Assembly: GCA_004297725.1 (NCBI GenBank)
Contig: SCUS01000095.1
Span: forward strand, 28,065 to 92,064
Direction of reading: 5' to 3'
From: Myxococcaceae bacterium
GTDB taxonomy: Bacteria > Myxococcota_A > Polyangia > Polyangiales > Ga0077539
Length of the DNA stretch: 64,000 nucleotides
Shown here: one piece after another, positions 21,003 to 30,404 of the stretch
Layout of the letters: each line of letters begins with the position of its first letter
How positions within the stretch are numbered: position 1 is the stretch's first letter
Translations under genes and position numbers: made by a program
The notes under the pieces: generated by a model
The model's database searches: none
What the model was told of the DNA's origin: nothing
The model's input: only the letters and a program-made list of their open reading frames with translations

Positions 21003-22835
21003 CTACCGAAGGCCGGTGTACTCCGGCAGCACGAAGGTGCCGGTCTCGGTGAACGTGCCGTTCTCGCCGTTGGAGAGCAGCGTCGCGAAGACCGGCTCGT
21101 AGCGCTCCCGCACCCGCTGCTCGACCTCCTCGGCGGAGGCGATGCCCAGCAGCTCTTCGGCGAAGAGCCGCGCCTCGGAGAGGTCGATGCGGCGCAGGGC
21201 CTCCTTGATCTCGGGCACCGCCGTCGGCTCGACGGAGAGCTCGTGCACCCCGAGGCCCACCAGCACCGGCACCGCGAGCAGCTCGGCCGCCATCGCGCCG
21301 CAGAGCGCGCAGGGGATGCCCCGCTCCTTCGCCGCGCGACTCACCGTCGCGATGGCCCGAAGGATCGCCGGGTCGAAGGGCCGCGCCAGGTGCGCCACGT
21401 GCTCGTTGCCGCGGTCGATCGCGAGCGTGTACTGCATCAGGTCGTTGGTGCCGATGGAGAAGAAGTCGGCCTCCTTCGCCAGCAGGTCGGACATCGTCAC
21501 GGCGCTCGGGGTCTCCACCATGATCCCGAAGGGCACGTCGCGGAAGGCGAGGCCCGCCGCGCGAAGCTCCTCCTTGGCGAGGTCGAACTCGCGACGCGAC
21601 GCGCGGAGCTCGCTCACCGCCGCGATCATCGGGATCATCACCCGCACCTCGCCGAAGGCCGACGCCCGCAGCATCGCCCGGAGCTGCGCGCGGAACACGT
21701 CGCGCTCTCGCAGCGCCAGGCGCACGGCGCGCATGCCGAGGGCGGGGTTCATCTCCTTGGGAATGCGGAACGCGGTGCTGAACTTGTCGCCGCCGAGGTC
21801 GAAGGTGCGCAGCGTGACCGAGCGCGGGGCCATCGTCGACACGATGCGCTTGAAGGTCTCGAACTGCTCCTCCTCGGTCGGCGGCTCGCGGCGGTCGATG
21901 TACAGGAACTCCGTGCGGTAGAGCCCGATGCCGTCGGCGCCGTGGTCGATCGCCACCGCGACCTCGCCGGGCAGCTCGATGTTGGCCCGCAGCCGGATGG
22001 GCGTCCCGTCGCGCGTGCGCGCCACCCCCGCGCGGTTGGAGCGAAGCGAGCGCACGAAGGCCCCGTAGCGCTCGCCGCGGTCGGTCGCGTCCGCAGCCTC
22101 GGCGTCCGTCGGGTTGCGCAGCACCACGCCCCGCAGCCCGTCGACCACCAGCATGTCGCCGGTCGCGATGTACCGCAGCGCGTCGGGCGCGCCCACCACC
22201 GCGGGGATCGTCAGCGCCCTCGCCATGATGGCCGTGTGCGACGTGCCGGAGCCCACCTCGGTCACGAAGGCCATCACGTCGCTGCGGGCCAGCGCCGCCG
22301 TGTCGGCCGGGGAGAGCTCGTGCGCCACCAGCACCACCGGGCCGTGCAGGTCGAGCGGGCGGGAGATCTCCATCGGCGCGCCCATGAGCTGCCGGAGGAC
22401 GCGCTCGCCCACGAAGTCGACGTCGCTGCGCCGCTCGCGGAAGTAGTCGTCGTCGGCGCGGTCGAAGACGTCCTTGATCTTCTCCACGGTGCGCCGGAGC
22501 GCCCACTCGGCGTTGAGCCCCTCGTCGCGGATGGCGCGCTCGGACTGCTCGATGAGGAGCGCGTCGTCGAGCATCAGCAGGTGCGCGTCGAGGATGACCG
22601 AGTGGTCGCTCGCGTCGAGGCTCAGCCGCGATCGGATCTGCTCGAGCTGCACCCGCGCCGAGCTGATGGCCACCCGCAGCCGCTGGACCTCCGCCTCGAC
22701 GTCGTCTGGAGCGATGTGCCGCCGAGGGACCGTCACCCTCCGCCGGTCGGCCACGAAGGCGCGCCCCACCACCACCCCGGGCGACGCCGGGATGCCGAGG
22801 AACCTCCGTGGCGCTGCGTCCTCGGGCTCGCTCAC
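21003..22835 (-). CDS. ptsI: phosphoenolpyruvate-protein phosphotransferase (PTS enzyme I)
   Basis: GTG at 22835 overlaps the ptsH stop (GTGA). FVTEVGSGTSHTAIMARALTIPAVVG is the active-site His region. The PEP-utilising C-terminal domain shows GLYRTEFLY and FFSIGTNDLMQYTLAIDR. Confidence 0.9.
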   Translation of the reverse strand: MSEPEDAAPRRFLGIPASPGVVVGRAFVADRRRVTVPRRHIAPDDVEAEVQRLRVAISSARVQLEQIRSRLSLDASDHSVILDAHLLMLDDALLIEQSERAIRDEGLNAEWALRRTVEKIKDVFDRADDDYFRERRSDVDFVGERVLRQLMGAPMEISRPLDLHGPVVLVAHELSPADTAALARSDVMAFVTEVGSGTSHTAIMARALTIPAVVGAPDALRYIATGDMLVVDGLRGVVLRNPTDAEAADATDRGERYGAFVRSLRSNRAGVARTRDGTPIRLRANIELPGEVAVAIDHGADGIGLYRTEFLYIDRREPPTEEEQFETFKRIVSTMAPRSVTLRTFDLGGDKFSTAFRIPKEMNPALGMRAVRLALRERDVFRAQLRAMLRASAFGEVRVMIPMIAAVSELRASRREFDLAKEELRAAGLAFRDVPFGIMVETPSAVTMSDLLAKEADFFSIGTNDLMQYTLAIDRGNEHVAHLARPFDPAILRAIATVSRAAKERGIPCALCGAMAAELLAVPVLVGLGVHELSVEPTAVPEIKEALRRIDLSEARLFAEELLGIASAEEVEQRVRERYEPVFATLLSNGENGTFTETGTFVLPEYTGLR

Positions 22836-23110
22836 GTGCCCTCCCCGAAGCGGTCGACGAAGAGCGCCCGCACGGCGTCGACGGCGGTCTGCGCGTCGGG
22901 GCCGCTCGCCCGCACCGTGACCCTGGAGCCCCGCGGGCACACCAGCAGCAGCATCCCCATCACGCTCTTGGCGTTGGCCGTCTGGCCGTCCCTCGACAGC
23001 GTCAGGTCGCAGCGGAACTTGCTCGCGGTCTGCGCGATGCGCGTCACCGGACGCGCGTGCAGGCCCCGCTCGTTCAACACCTCCATCGTCTCTTCGATGA
23101 CGTCAGCCAA
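22832..23110 (-). CDS. ptsH: phosphocarrier protein HPr
   Basis: GLHARPVT (His15 site) and NAKSVMGML (Ser46 site). Confidence 0.9.
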   Translation of the reverse strand: MADVIEETMEVLNERGLHARPVTRIAQTASKFRCDLTLSRDGQTANAKSVMGMLLLVCPRGSRVTVRASGPDAQTAVDAVRALFVDRFGEGT

Positions 23111-23122
23111 TGGGTCCCTCGT

Positions 23123-24013
23123 TCATCCCCCGCGATCGATGTCCCGGTGCGACGCCCTCACCTCGCCCGGAGCCCGCAGCTTCGAGAGACGCATCGTCAG
23201 CGCCTCCGCGATCGCCACGCTCCGGTGCCTCCCCCCGGTGCAGCCGATCGCCACCGTCAACGCCACCTTGCCCTCCCTCGCGTACCTCGGCAACAGCGGG
23301 GCCAGCAAAGTCTCGATCGCGTCGATGAACTCCCGGCCCTCCGCGGTCTCCAGCACGAAGCGGGCGACCTCCGGGTCCCTCCCGCTCCTCGGCCTCAGCG
23401 CCGGGATGAAATGGGGGTTCGGGAGGAAGCGCGCGTCGAAGACCAGGTCGGCGTCCGAGGGGATGCCGTACTTGAACCCGAAGCTCATCACGCGGGTGTT
23501 CATCCGCAGCGACGCCCCCTCCGCCTGCGTGAAGTGCTCGATCAGCAGCCGCCGCAGGTCGTGCACCGTCAGCGCCGACGTGTCGATCACCCGGTCGGCC
23601 CGCGAGCGCAGGTCGACCAGGCGCTCCCGCTCGCGGGTGATCAGCGCCGCGAGGTCTTCGCCCGGGTGCTGCGCCGCCAGGGGGTGGGGCCGGCGCGACT
23701 CGCTGTACCGCCGCACCAGCGCCTCGTCGGCCGCGTCGAGGAAGATCACGCTCACCCGGTGCTTGTGGGCGCGCAGCGTCTCGATCACCGCCCCGGCGCC
23801 CTCGAGCATCGCCCGCACCCGCACGTCCATCCCGATGCCCATCCGGGGCACCGCGCCGGCGGTGGCCGAGAGCGCCACGGCCTGCTCGATGAGCGGCGTC
23901 GGGAGGTTGTCGATGCAGTCGAAGGACAGGTCTTCCAGCACCCGAAGGGCGGTGCTCCGCCCGGCCCCGGAGAGGCCCGTCACCACCACGATGAGCGGGA
24001 CCGCGTCGCCCAT
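23123..24013 (-). CDS. rapZ: RNase adapter / nucleotide-binding protein RapZ (YhbJ)
   Basis: IVVVTGLSGAGRSTALRVLEDLSFDCIDNLP and the C-terminal IGCTGGRHRSV motif. Confidence 0.9.
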   Translation of the reverse strand: MGDAVPLIVVVTGLSGAGRSTALRVLEDLSFDCIDNLPTPLIEQAVALSATAGAVPRMGIGMDVRVRAMLEGAGAVIETLRAHKHRVSVIFLDAADEALVRRYSESRRPHPLAAQHPGEDLAALITRERERLVDLRSRADRVIDTSALTVHDLRRLLIEHFTQAEGASLRMNTRVMSFGFKYGIPSDADLVFDARFLPNPHFIPALRPRSGRDPEVARFVLETAEGREFIDAIETLLAPLLPRYAREGKVALTVAIGCTGGRHRSVAIAEALTMRLSKLRAPGEVRASHRDIDRGG

Positions 24014-24016
24014 CGC

Positions 24017-25012
24017 TCAGCCCTTCCCCCGAAGGATCGCCGTCGGGTCGTGCACCCCCATCGCCGACGCCAGCCTCGCGTGGAACTCCCTCGCCGAGTG
24101 GTGCCCCGCCTGCCGCAGCAGCTCGTTGCGCGCCGCCACCTCCACCGTGCTCGAGGTGTTCTTGCCCGGCCGAACGGGCACCCGGCGCATCGCGATGCGG
24201 GTGCCCAGCAGCGGGTACCACTCGTCGTCGATGCCCAGCCGGTCCCACGTCTCGTCCTCGTCGTCGTGCGCCACGAGGCGGATCACCAGGTCGATGCGCT
24301 TGTTGTCCCGCACCGCCGCGACCCCGAAGAGGTCTTTGATGTTCAGCACCCCGAGGCCGCGCACCTCCAGGTGGTTCTTCAGCAGGTCGACCGCGGCGCC
24401 GTAGACCGACTCCGTCGGCCGCAGCACGCAGTCCACCAGGTCGTCGGCCACCAGCCGGTGCCCGCGCTGCACCAGCTCGAGCGCGCACTCGCTCTTCCCG
24501 ATGCCGCTCTTGCCCAGCAGCAGGATGCCGACGCCGAACACGTCGATGAAGACCCCGTGCACCCGGGTGCGAGGCGCCAGCTTCTCGTCGAGCAGCGCGT
24601 GGATCGCGTTGATGGTCACCGAGCTCCGCGCCTCGCTCACCAGCACCGGGCAGCCGTGCCTCTCGGAGGCCTCCAGCACCTCCGCGAAGATGGTCTGCCC
24701 CGCGGTCACCACCGCGCAGCAGATGCCGCGAGCGAAGAACCCGTCGACCGCGTCGCGCCTCGCGTCGCGCGTCATCGCCGCCAGGAAGGACATCTCCGTC
24801 TCCCCGAGGATCTGCACCCGCTCGGGGGTCAGGCCCTGGAAGTGCCCCACCAGCGCGAGGCCCGACTTCTGGATGCGGGGATGGATGATGTTTCGGTCGA
24901 GACCCGCGGCGCCTGCGGACACGGAGAGCCTCACCGACATGGCTCCCGGCTCGGTCAGCGTCTGTACGGTCACGTCCCTCGGCGGCAGCGTCGAGTGCAG
25001 GCCCGTTGACAT
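24017..25012 (-). CDS. hprK: HPr kinase/phosphorylase
   Basis: HGVFIDVFGVGILLLGKSGIGKSECALELVQRGHRLVADD carries the P-loop plus the HprK signature. Confidence 0.9.
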   Translation of the reverse strand: MSTGLHSTLPPRDVTVQTLTEPGAMSVRLSVSAGAAGLDRNIIHPRIQKSGLALVGHFQGLTPERVQILGETEMSFLAAMTRDARRDAVDGFFARGICCAVVTAGQTIFAEVLEASERHGCPVLVSEARSSVTINAIHALLDEKLAPRTRVHGVFIDVFGVGILLLGKSGIGKSECALELVQRGHRLVADDLVDCVLRPTESVYGAAVDLLKNHLEVRGLGVLNIKDLFGVAAVRDNKRIDLVIRLVAHDDEDETWDRLGIDDEWYPLLGTRIAMRRVPVRPGKNTSSTVEVAARNELLRQAGHHSAREFHARLASAMGVHDPTAILRGKG

Positions 25013-25123
25013 CCGCCGACCCTATCACATCACCCCCCCTCACGCGCGTTTCCAAGCCGTGGCGATCGTGTGTAGCCTCGACCCCTCTCTGCCTCGGCAA
25101 AGGGCAATCGGAGGATCCCTTCA

Positions 25124-28100
25124 ATGGCCACCCGGAAAAACCTGGCGCGACGCGCCCTCGTTGCGCTCCCTGTCGTGCTGCTGTCCTGCGCCCCGGAGTA
25201 CGACACCCGACGGGTTCCAGCTCCGCAGGGCACCCTCGGCGAAGAGGTCTTCCAGGTGATGTGCGAGCGGGTGCACTGGGGCGAATCGCCCCGCGACCTC
25301 GGCTTCGCAGCCGGGCGCCGACCATGCACCCGCGGCCTCGGAGCGACCGAGTCGGCCCCCGGCGTCGGACCGCGCGCCACCGCCCTCGCGCAGATGCGCT
25401 CCGACCTCGTCAGCAGCATCGACCAGTCGATGCCCCGAGCCCTGTACACCCCCCTCGACCGACTGCTCGTCGACCTGCTGCCGCTCTACGGTCCAGATGG
25501 CACGGGCCGACGCAACGACGCGGGCGCCTGGATCATCGACACCGCCGACGGCGGCACCGCGGTCGCCGAAGACCTGCTCCCTCAGACCACCCGCGCGGTC
25601 TCCCAGCAGCTCGCCGCCATGGCCACCGACGCCAGCGTGCTCCGCGCCCTCGGACGGATGTCCCAGCGCCAGGGCTACCGACCCCCGGAGAGCGCCATCG
25701 GGCTGCTCCGCCCCATCCTCGCCTACGACCGCGTCAACGACGTGCTCGACGCCGCGCTCGGGCTCTTCCGCGAGGCCACACCCACGCAGCCCGACGGGCG
25801 GGCGCACCCGCAGTTCAACCAGATGCTCTCGGTGCTGCGAGGGGAGTTCCAGAGCGCCGGGCCCAGCACCGCCACCACCGCGGGCACCACCCTCGACGCC
25901 GCCACCAACCTCCTCTTCCGCACCGACCCCTCCCTCGCCCGGGGCGACCGTCCGACCCTCGTCGTGCGCCGCGACACCGCCGGCAACGCCCTCCCCACCT
26001 CCGGCGCGGCGGCCGGTCTCCCGACCCCGTTCCCCACCTGGCGAGGGCCCGCCGTCGCTCGCGACGCGCAGGGTCGGGCGACCTCCGCGGGGGGTTACCC
26101 CTGGCGCTACGTCGACCTCAACGCCACCGTCCTCGCGGCGCTCTCCCGAGAGCTCCCCGGCCTCCTCGGCGCCCCCTCGCACGCCGAGCTCCCGGCGCTG
26201 CAGCTCATGTCCGGGATGCGCCCGCTCGTGGGCCCGCGCATGGCCGCCACCCGCGACTACGGCGGCGCCGCCGGGCGCGTCGCCTACCAGCGCTTCGCCG
26301 CCGACGCCTCGCCGATCGTCGACCTCGTGCACGCCACCGGCGCGACGCTCACCCACCGCGACGTCGACGCCGTGCTCAACACCGCGCAGGCGCTGATGTC
26401 GCCCGAGCGCGAGGCCCTCACCGCGCGCCTCGTGGGGGCCATGCTCGCCATCGACGAGGCCTCCGACCGCGTCCCCTCGGCGCGCATGGACGCGCGCTCG
26501 GTGATCTGGGACGACGTGATGGACGTCGTGCGGCGCATCGCCGCGGAGCCGGGGCTCCTCGAGGACATCCTCAACGCCTTCGCCAGCCTCCAGCAGCCGC
26601 TGCCCTCCTCGGGGCTGTGGGAGCAGTCGTGCGCCGGGAGCGTCCCGGTGCAGAACCTCGCTCGCGCCTTCGGCGCCTACGCGCAGAACCGCGACCGCGT
26701 CGAGCCGGCCTGGTCAGGCAACTGGAACGCCCACGTCCCGGTCAACCTCAACCAGACCGTGGACCGCTCGCGCCCCGACACGCAGGACAACCGCTCGGTG
26801 CTCCAGCGCCTCTTCCACCTCGTCGACGACCTCAACGGCGCGCACCTCTGCAACAAGCCCGCGGCGGAGATCAGGGTCTACTACAACCTCTTCGGGCCGC
26901 GCTCGATCGGCGTCCCTGGGGCCGGCAACATCGACGCCTGCCGGCTCGTCGAGGTGCCCGACGCCGCGGCGTTCTATGTGCGCTCCATCGCGGGCAACGG
27001 CCGGGCGATCCTGCCGCTGGAGATTCCTGGCATCGCCGGGACGCTCTCCAACCTCGCGCGCACCATCGGAGTCCCGCTCGACAGCACCCTCGACGGGCTC
27101 GTGCAGTCGCAGTCGGGCATCGCGGGCTTCAACTCCCAGCCCACGCCCTACGCCATCGCCCGGCTGGTGTTCAACCCGCAGCCCAACGAGTTTCTCCAGC
27201 ACCTCATGGACGTCGCGACGGTGCGCAACGCGGGCACCCCCCCGCCCTCGCCCTCGCCCGTCGACCGGCAGGTTCGCACCCTCCACCCGGCGACCATCTT
27301 CGCCTGGGAGGGCTACTGCTTCTACGACTCCATCCGCCCCCTCGCGACGGCCTTCGCGCGCCACGACCGGCTCAACGGCCGCCTCGACCCCGCGCTCTCC
27401 CCGGGCGCCGACCCCCGCACGATGGACCCTCGCGCCATCGACGTCTCCAACGGCTCCAAGCTGTTCTCCGACCTGCTCTCGGCCTTCCACCGGCACTGGG
27501 CCACCAGCGCCGCCGGGGGATACCAGTCCACCGTGCGCTGCGAGTCGTGCCGCGAGGGCGTCAACTACTCGCAGATGGACGGCGCCGTGCGCTACGAGCC
27601 CATCGTGCGGTCGGCCCTCGACGGCGACCTGCTGCCCGCGCTCTCGTCGGTCACCGCCGAGCTCCGCACCCTCGACGTCGGCGGAGGGCGCACCGGCCTC
27701 CAGGCCATCGCCTCGCTCACCCGAGGGCTCGTCGACACCCGGGCGCGCGCCATGGACGGCATGCCCGCCTTCGCCACGCCGCTGCGCTACCGCAACGGCA
27801 ACACCGGCGCCCTCTGGGCCGACGGCAGCACCCCGGTCGGCGGCGTCAACCTCTTCTACCTCCTCGCCGACGGCTTCAACGCCATGGACCCGCGCTTCGC
27901 CGCGGAGCCCGAGCGACACGCCGAGTGGCTCGCCGCGCGCTCGTCCATCGTCGACCAGTTTCTCGCCACCGAGGGGAGCGGCGCCTCGGCGCGCTTCCAC
28001 AACCGCGCCCTCCCGGGCGTGACCCGCGCCCTCGTGGCGTGGCTGCGCGAGCGCGTCGCCGCCCACCGCGCCGCGGGCGACCTCGACGCCTGGGCCCTCG

Positions 28101-28681
28101 GCCTCTCCGGTCGCCTGGAGACCGTGGTGCGAGACGCCCCCTTCGCGGCCGGCACCGACCTCGCGCTCGCCCTGCGCGACGACCCCGCGGCGCGCGTCGC
28201 CGTCGCCCGGCTGCTCACCCACATGATGAGCGACGCGGCCCCCAACGCCCGCACCGCGTCGCCGCAGGCCACCACGCTCAGCGCCCTCGCCGACACCGTG
28301 CAGGTGCTGCGCGCCGACGCCGACGTCGACCCGCTGCTGCGCAGCCTCGCGCCCGCGATGACCCCGCGCACCGGGCTCGTCCCGCAGGTGCTGCGCTTCT
28401 TCGACCGGGCCCGGGCGCTCGACCGCGACCGCGCCCTCATCTCCGTGCTCGGCCACGCCGTCGAGCGACCCGCGACCGGCAACCCGCTCACCCCGGAGCC
28501 CCTCACGGTCATCGCCGACGCCATCGCGGACACCAACCGGGAGCGCCCCGGGGACCACGGCCCGATGTCCCCGCAGGACGTGTTCTATACCTTCCGCGAG
28601 GTGATCTCGTTCCTCACGGACAACAGCCGCGGGATGGAGCAGTTCTACGCCATCGTGCAGCGCCGGAGGCTCCCGCAGTGA
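25124..28681 (+). CDS. very large (1185 aa) hypothetical lipoprotein
   Basis: MATRKNLARRALVALPVVLLSCAP lipobox. Composition is well behaved over 3.5 kb. The overlapping 25006..30069 and 26714..28558 ORFs are Arg-rich junk. Confidence 0.7.
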   Translation: MATRKNLARRALVALPVVLLSCAPEYDTRRVPAPQGTLGEEVFQVMCERVHWGESPRDLGFAAGRRPCTRGLGATESAPGVGPRATALAQMRSDLVSSIDQSMPRALYTPLDRLLVDLLPLYGPDGTGRRNDAGAWIIDTADGGTAVAEDLLPQTTRAVSQQLAAMATDASVLRALGRMSQRQGYRPPESAIGLLRPILAYDRVNDVLDAALGLFREATPTQPDGRAHPQFNQMLSVLRGEFQSAGPSTATTAGTTLDAATNLLFRTDPSLARGDRPTLVVRRDTAGNALPTSGAAAGLPTPFPTWRGPAVARDAQGRATSAGGYPWRYVDLNATVLAALSRELPGLLGAPSHAELPALQLMSGMRPLVGPRMAATRDYGGAAGRVAYQRFAADASPIVDLVHATGATLTHRDVDAVLNTAQALMSPEREALTARLVGAMLAIDEASDRVPSARMDARSVIWDDVMDVVRRIAAEPGLLEDILNAFASLQQPLPSSGLWEQSCAGSVPVQNLARAFGAYAQNRDRVEPAWSGNWNAHVPVNLNQTVDRSRPDTQDNRSVLQRLFHLVDDLNGAHLCNKPAAEIRVYYNLFGPRSIGVPGAGNIDACRLVEVPDAAAFYVRSIAGNGRAILPLEIPGIAGTLSNLARTIGVPLDSTLDGLVQSQSGIAGFNSQPTPYAIARLVFNPQPNEFLQHLMDVATVRNAGTPPPSPSPVDRQVRTLHPATIFAWEGYCFYDSIRPLATAFARHDRLNGRLDPALSPGADPRTMDPRAIDVSNGSKLFSDLLSAFHRHWATSAAGGYQSTVRCESCREGVNYSQMDGAVRYEPIVRSALDGDLLPALSSVTAELRTLDVGGGRTGLQAIASLTRGLVDTRARAMDGMPAFATPLRYRNGNTGALWADGSTPVGGVNLFYLLADGFNAMDPRFAAEPERHAEWLAARSSIVDQFLATEGSGASARFHNRALPGVTRALVAWLRERVAAHRAAGDLDAWALGLSGRLETVVRDAPFAAGTDLALALRDDPAARVAVARLLTHMMSDAAPNARTASPQATTLSALADTVQVLRADADVDPLLRSLAPAMTPRTGLVPQVLRFFDRARALDRDRALISVLGHAVERPATGNPLTPEPLTVIADAIADTNRERPGDHGPMSPQDVFYTFREVISFLTDNSRGMEQFYAIVQRRRLPQ

Positions 28682-30069
28682 TCGCCCGCAAGGCCGCCCT
28701 CGCCCTCGCGCTCGGCGCGACGCTCTCGCCCCTCTCCGCCTCCGCGGGGGGCTTCTACCTCACCGACCGCGGCGTGCGCCCGCTCGGCCGCGGCGGCGCC
28801 TTCATCGCCGGCGCCGACGACCAGCACGCGGTCTGGTACAACCCCGCGGGGCTCATGTCCGCGGGCAACGGGCTGCTCCTCGACGCCTCGCTGGTGAACT
28901 TCGGCAACACGTTCACCCGCAGCGCCCTGCCCGATCGGAACATGGCCCCGGTGACCTTCGACGCCACCCGCGGCGAGGGGGCCCCGCTGCCCATCCCCAC
29001 GCTCATCGTGTCGCACAGCTTCGGGCTGCGAAACTTCAACTTCGCCGCCGGGGCCTACGCCCCCTACGCCGCGATCACCTCCTACGACGACACCCCCACC
29101 GCGGCGCAGCGCTACAGCCTCGTCTCCCTCGACGGCTCGCTCCTCGTGGTCGCCGGGCTCTGGGCCGCCTGGCGCCCGCACCCGATGCTCCACGTGGGCG
29201 CCGGGGTGTCTGCGCTCACCGGGTCGTTCGTCGCGCGGCAGGCCCTCTCGTCGTGCCCGGCGACCGTCACCTGCGCGCCCGAAGACCCGCAGTGGGACGC
29301 CATGGCCTCGCTCAACGTCGGGCCCCTCTTCGCCCCGACGGCCAACTTCGGGGTGCAGTTCACCCCGCACCCGATGATCGCCTTCGGGGCCTCCTACCAG
29401 CTCCCCTACGACGTCGACGCCTCGGCGAAGCTCAGGGTGCGGCTGCCCTCGGCCTCGTACTACGACGGCGCCCAGGTCTCCGGCGACACGGCGCAGGTAG
29501 CCTTCCGGCTCGCGCCCATCGCCCGCGTCGGGGTGGAGTTTCGCCCGCTGCCCAACACCCGCGTCGAGCTCGCGGGCGTGTGGGAGGGATGGAGCGTTCA
29601 CCAGCGCATCGACATCAACCCGGAAGGCATCTCGCTCACCAACGTGCGAGGCGTCGGCACCTACCAGGTGGGGCCCCTGTCGATGAACCGGCAGTTCCAG
29701 GACACCTGGTCGGCGCGCCTGGGAGCCGAGCACCTCACGGACCTCGGCCGGGGCTTCGGGCTCCAGGCGCGCGTGGGCATCTCGTACGAGACCAGCGCGA
29801 CGCCCAACCAGTTCACCAACGCCCTGACCGTCGACACGGACAAGTTCGTCGGCAGCCTCGGGGCCTCGCTGCACTACGGGCATTTCCGCTTCGACGCGGT
29901 GTTCGCCTACATGTTCGCGAGCTCGGTGGTCGTCGACCCCCGCACCGCCGCGCTATACCCCGTGGAGCCTTTCCGCTCCAACGGGCAGGCTCCACGTATC
30001 GCCATCAACGGCGGAACGTACGACTTCTCCGTCAACGTCGTGGGCCTCGGGGCCCGTTACCAGTTCTAG
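28678..30069 (+). CDS. outer-membrane beta-barrel protein, FadL/OmpP1 (Toluene_X)-like
   Basis: GTG at 28678 overlaps the upstream stop (GTGA). It has a signal peptide (ALALALGATLSPLSASA) and alternating beta-strand patterns. The C-terminal VGLGARYQF ends in the typical aromatic OMP residue. Confidence 0.65.
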   Translation: MIARKAALALALGATLSPLSASAGGFYLTDRGVRPLGRGGAFIAGADDQHAVWYNPAGLMSAGNGLLLDASLVNFGNTFTRSALPDRNMAPVTFDATRGEGAPLPIPTLIVSHSFGLRNFNFAAGAYAPYAAITSYDDTPTAAQRYSLVSLDGSLLVVAGLWAAWRPHPMLHVGAGVSALTGSFVARQALSSCPATVTCAPEDPQWDAMASLNVGPLFAPTANFGVQFTPHPMIAFGASYQLPYDVDASAKLRVRLPSASYYDGAQVSGDTAQVAFRLAPIARVGVEFRPLPNTRVELAGVWEGWSVHQRIDINPEGISLTNVRGVGTYQVGPLSMNRQFQDTWSARLGAEHLTDLGRGFGLQARVGISYETSATPNQFTNALTVDTDKFVGSLGASLHYGHFRFDAVFAYMFASSVVVDPRTAALYPVEPFRSNGQAPRIAINGGTYDFSVNVVGLGARYQF

Positions 30070-30085
30070 AAAGACCCACAACACG

Positions 30086-30394
30086 ATGCCCCTCACCGGC
30101 AAGCAGAACCAGTACCTCCGCAGCCTCGGCCACCACCTCAACGCCCTTGTCCAGATCGGCAAGCACGGGGTCACCGAGTCCGTCACCGCCGCGGTGGACC
30201 AGGCCCTGCTCGACCACGAGCTCATCAAGATCCGCATCCACGCCGAGGCCCCGTCGGACCGCTACGACACCGCCGACGCCCTCGCCGCCGAGCTCAAGGC
30301 CGAGGTCGCGCAGGTGCTCGGGCGCACGATCCTGCTCTACCGCCCGCACCCCTCGGAGCCGAAGATGAAGCTCCCCAAGGCCGACAAGAAGTAG
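30086..30394 (+). CDS. yhbY: CRM-domain RNA-binding protein YhbY
   Basis: LTGKQNQYLRSLGHHLNALVQIGKHGVTESV...ELIKIRI...VAQVLGRTILLYR. Confidence 0.8.
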   Translation: MPLTGKQNQYLRSLGHHLNALVQIGKHGVTESVTAAVDQALLDHELIKIRIHAEAPSDRYDTADALAAELKAEVAQVLGRTILLYRPHPSEPKMKLPKADKK

Positions 30395-30404
30395 AGGGGC
30401 GCGC

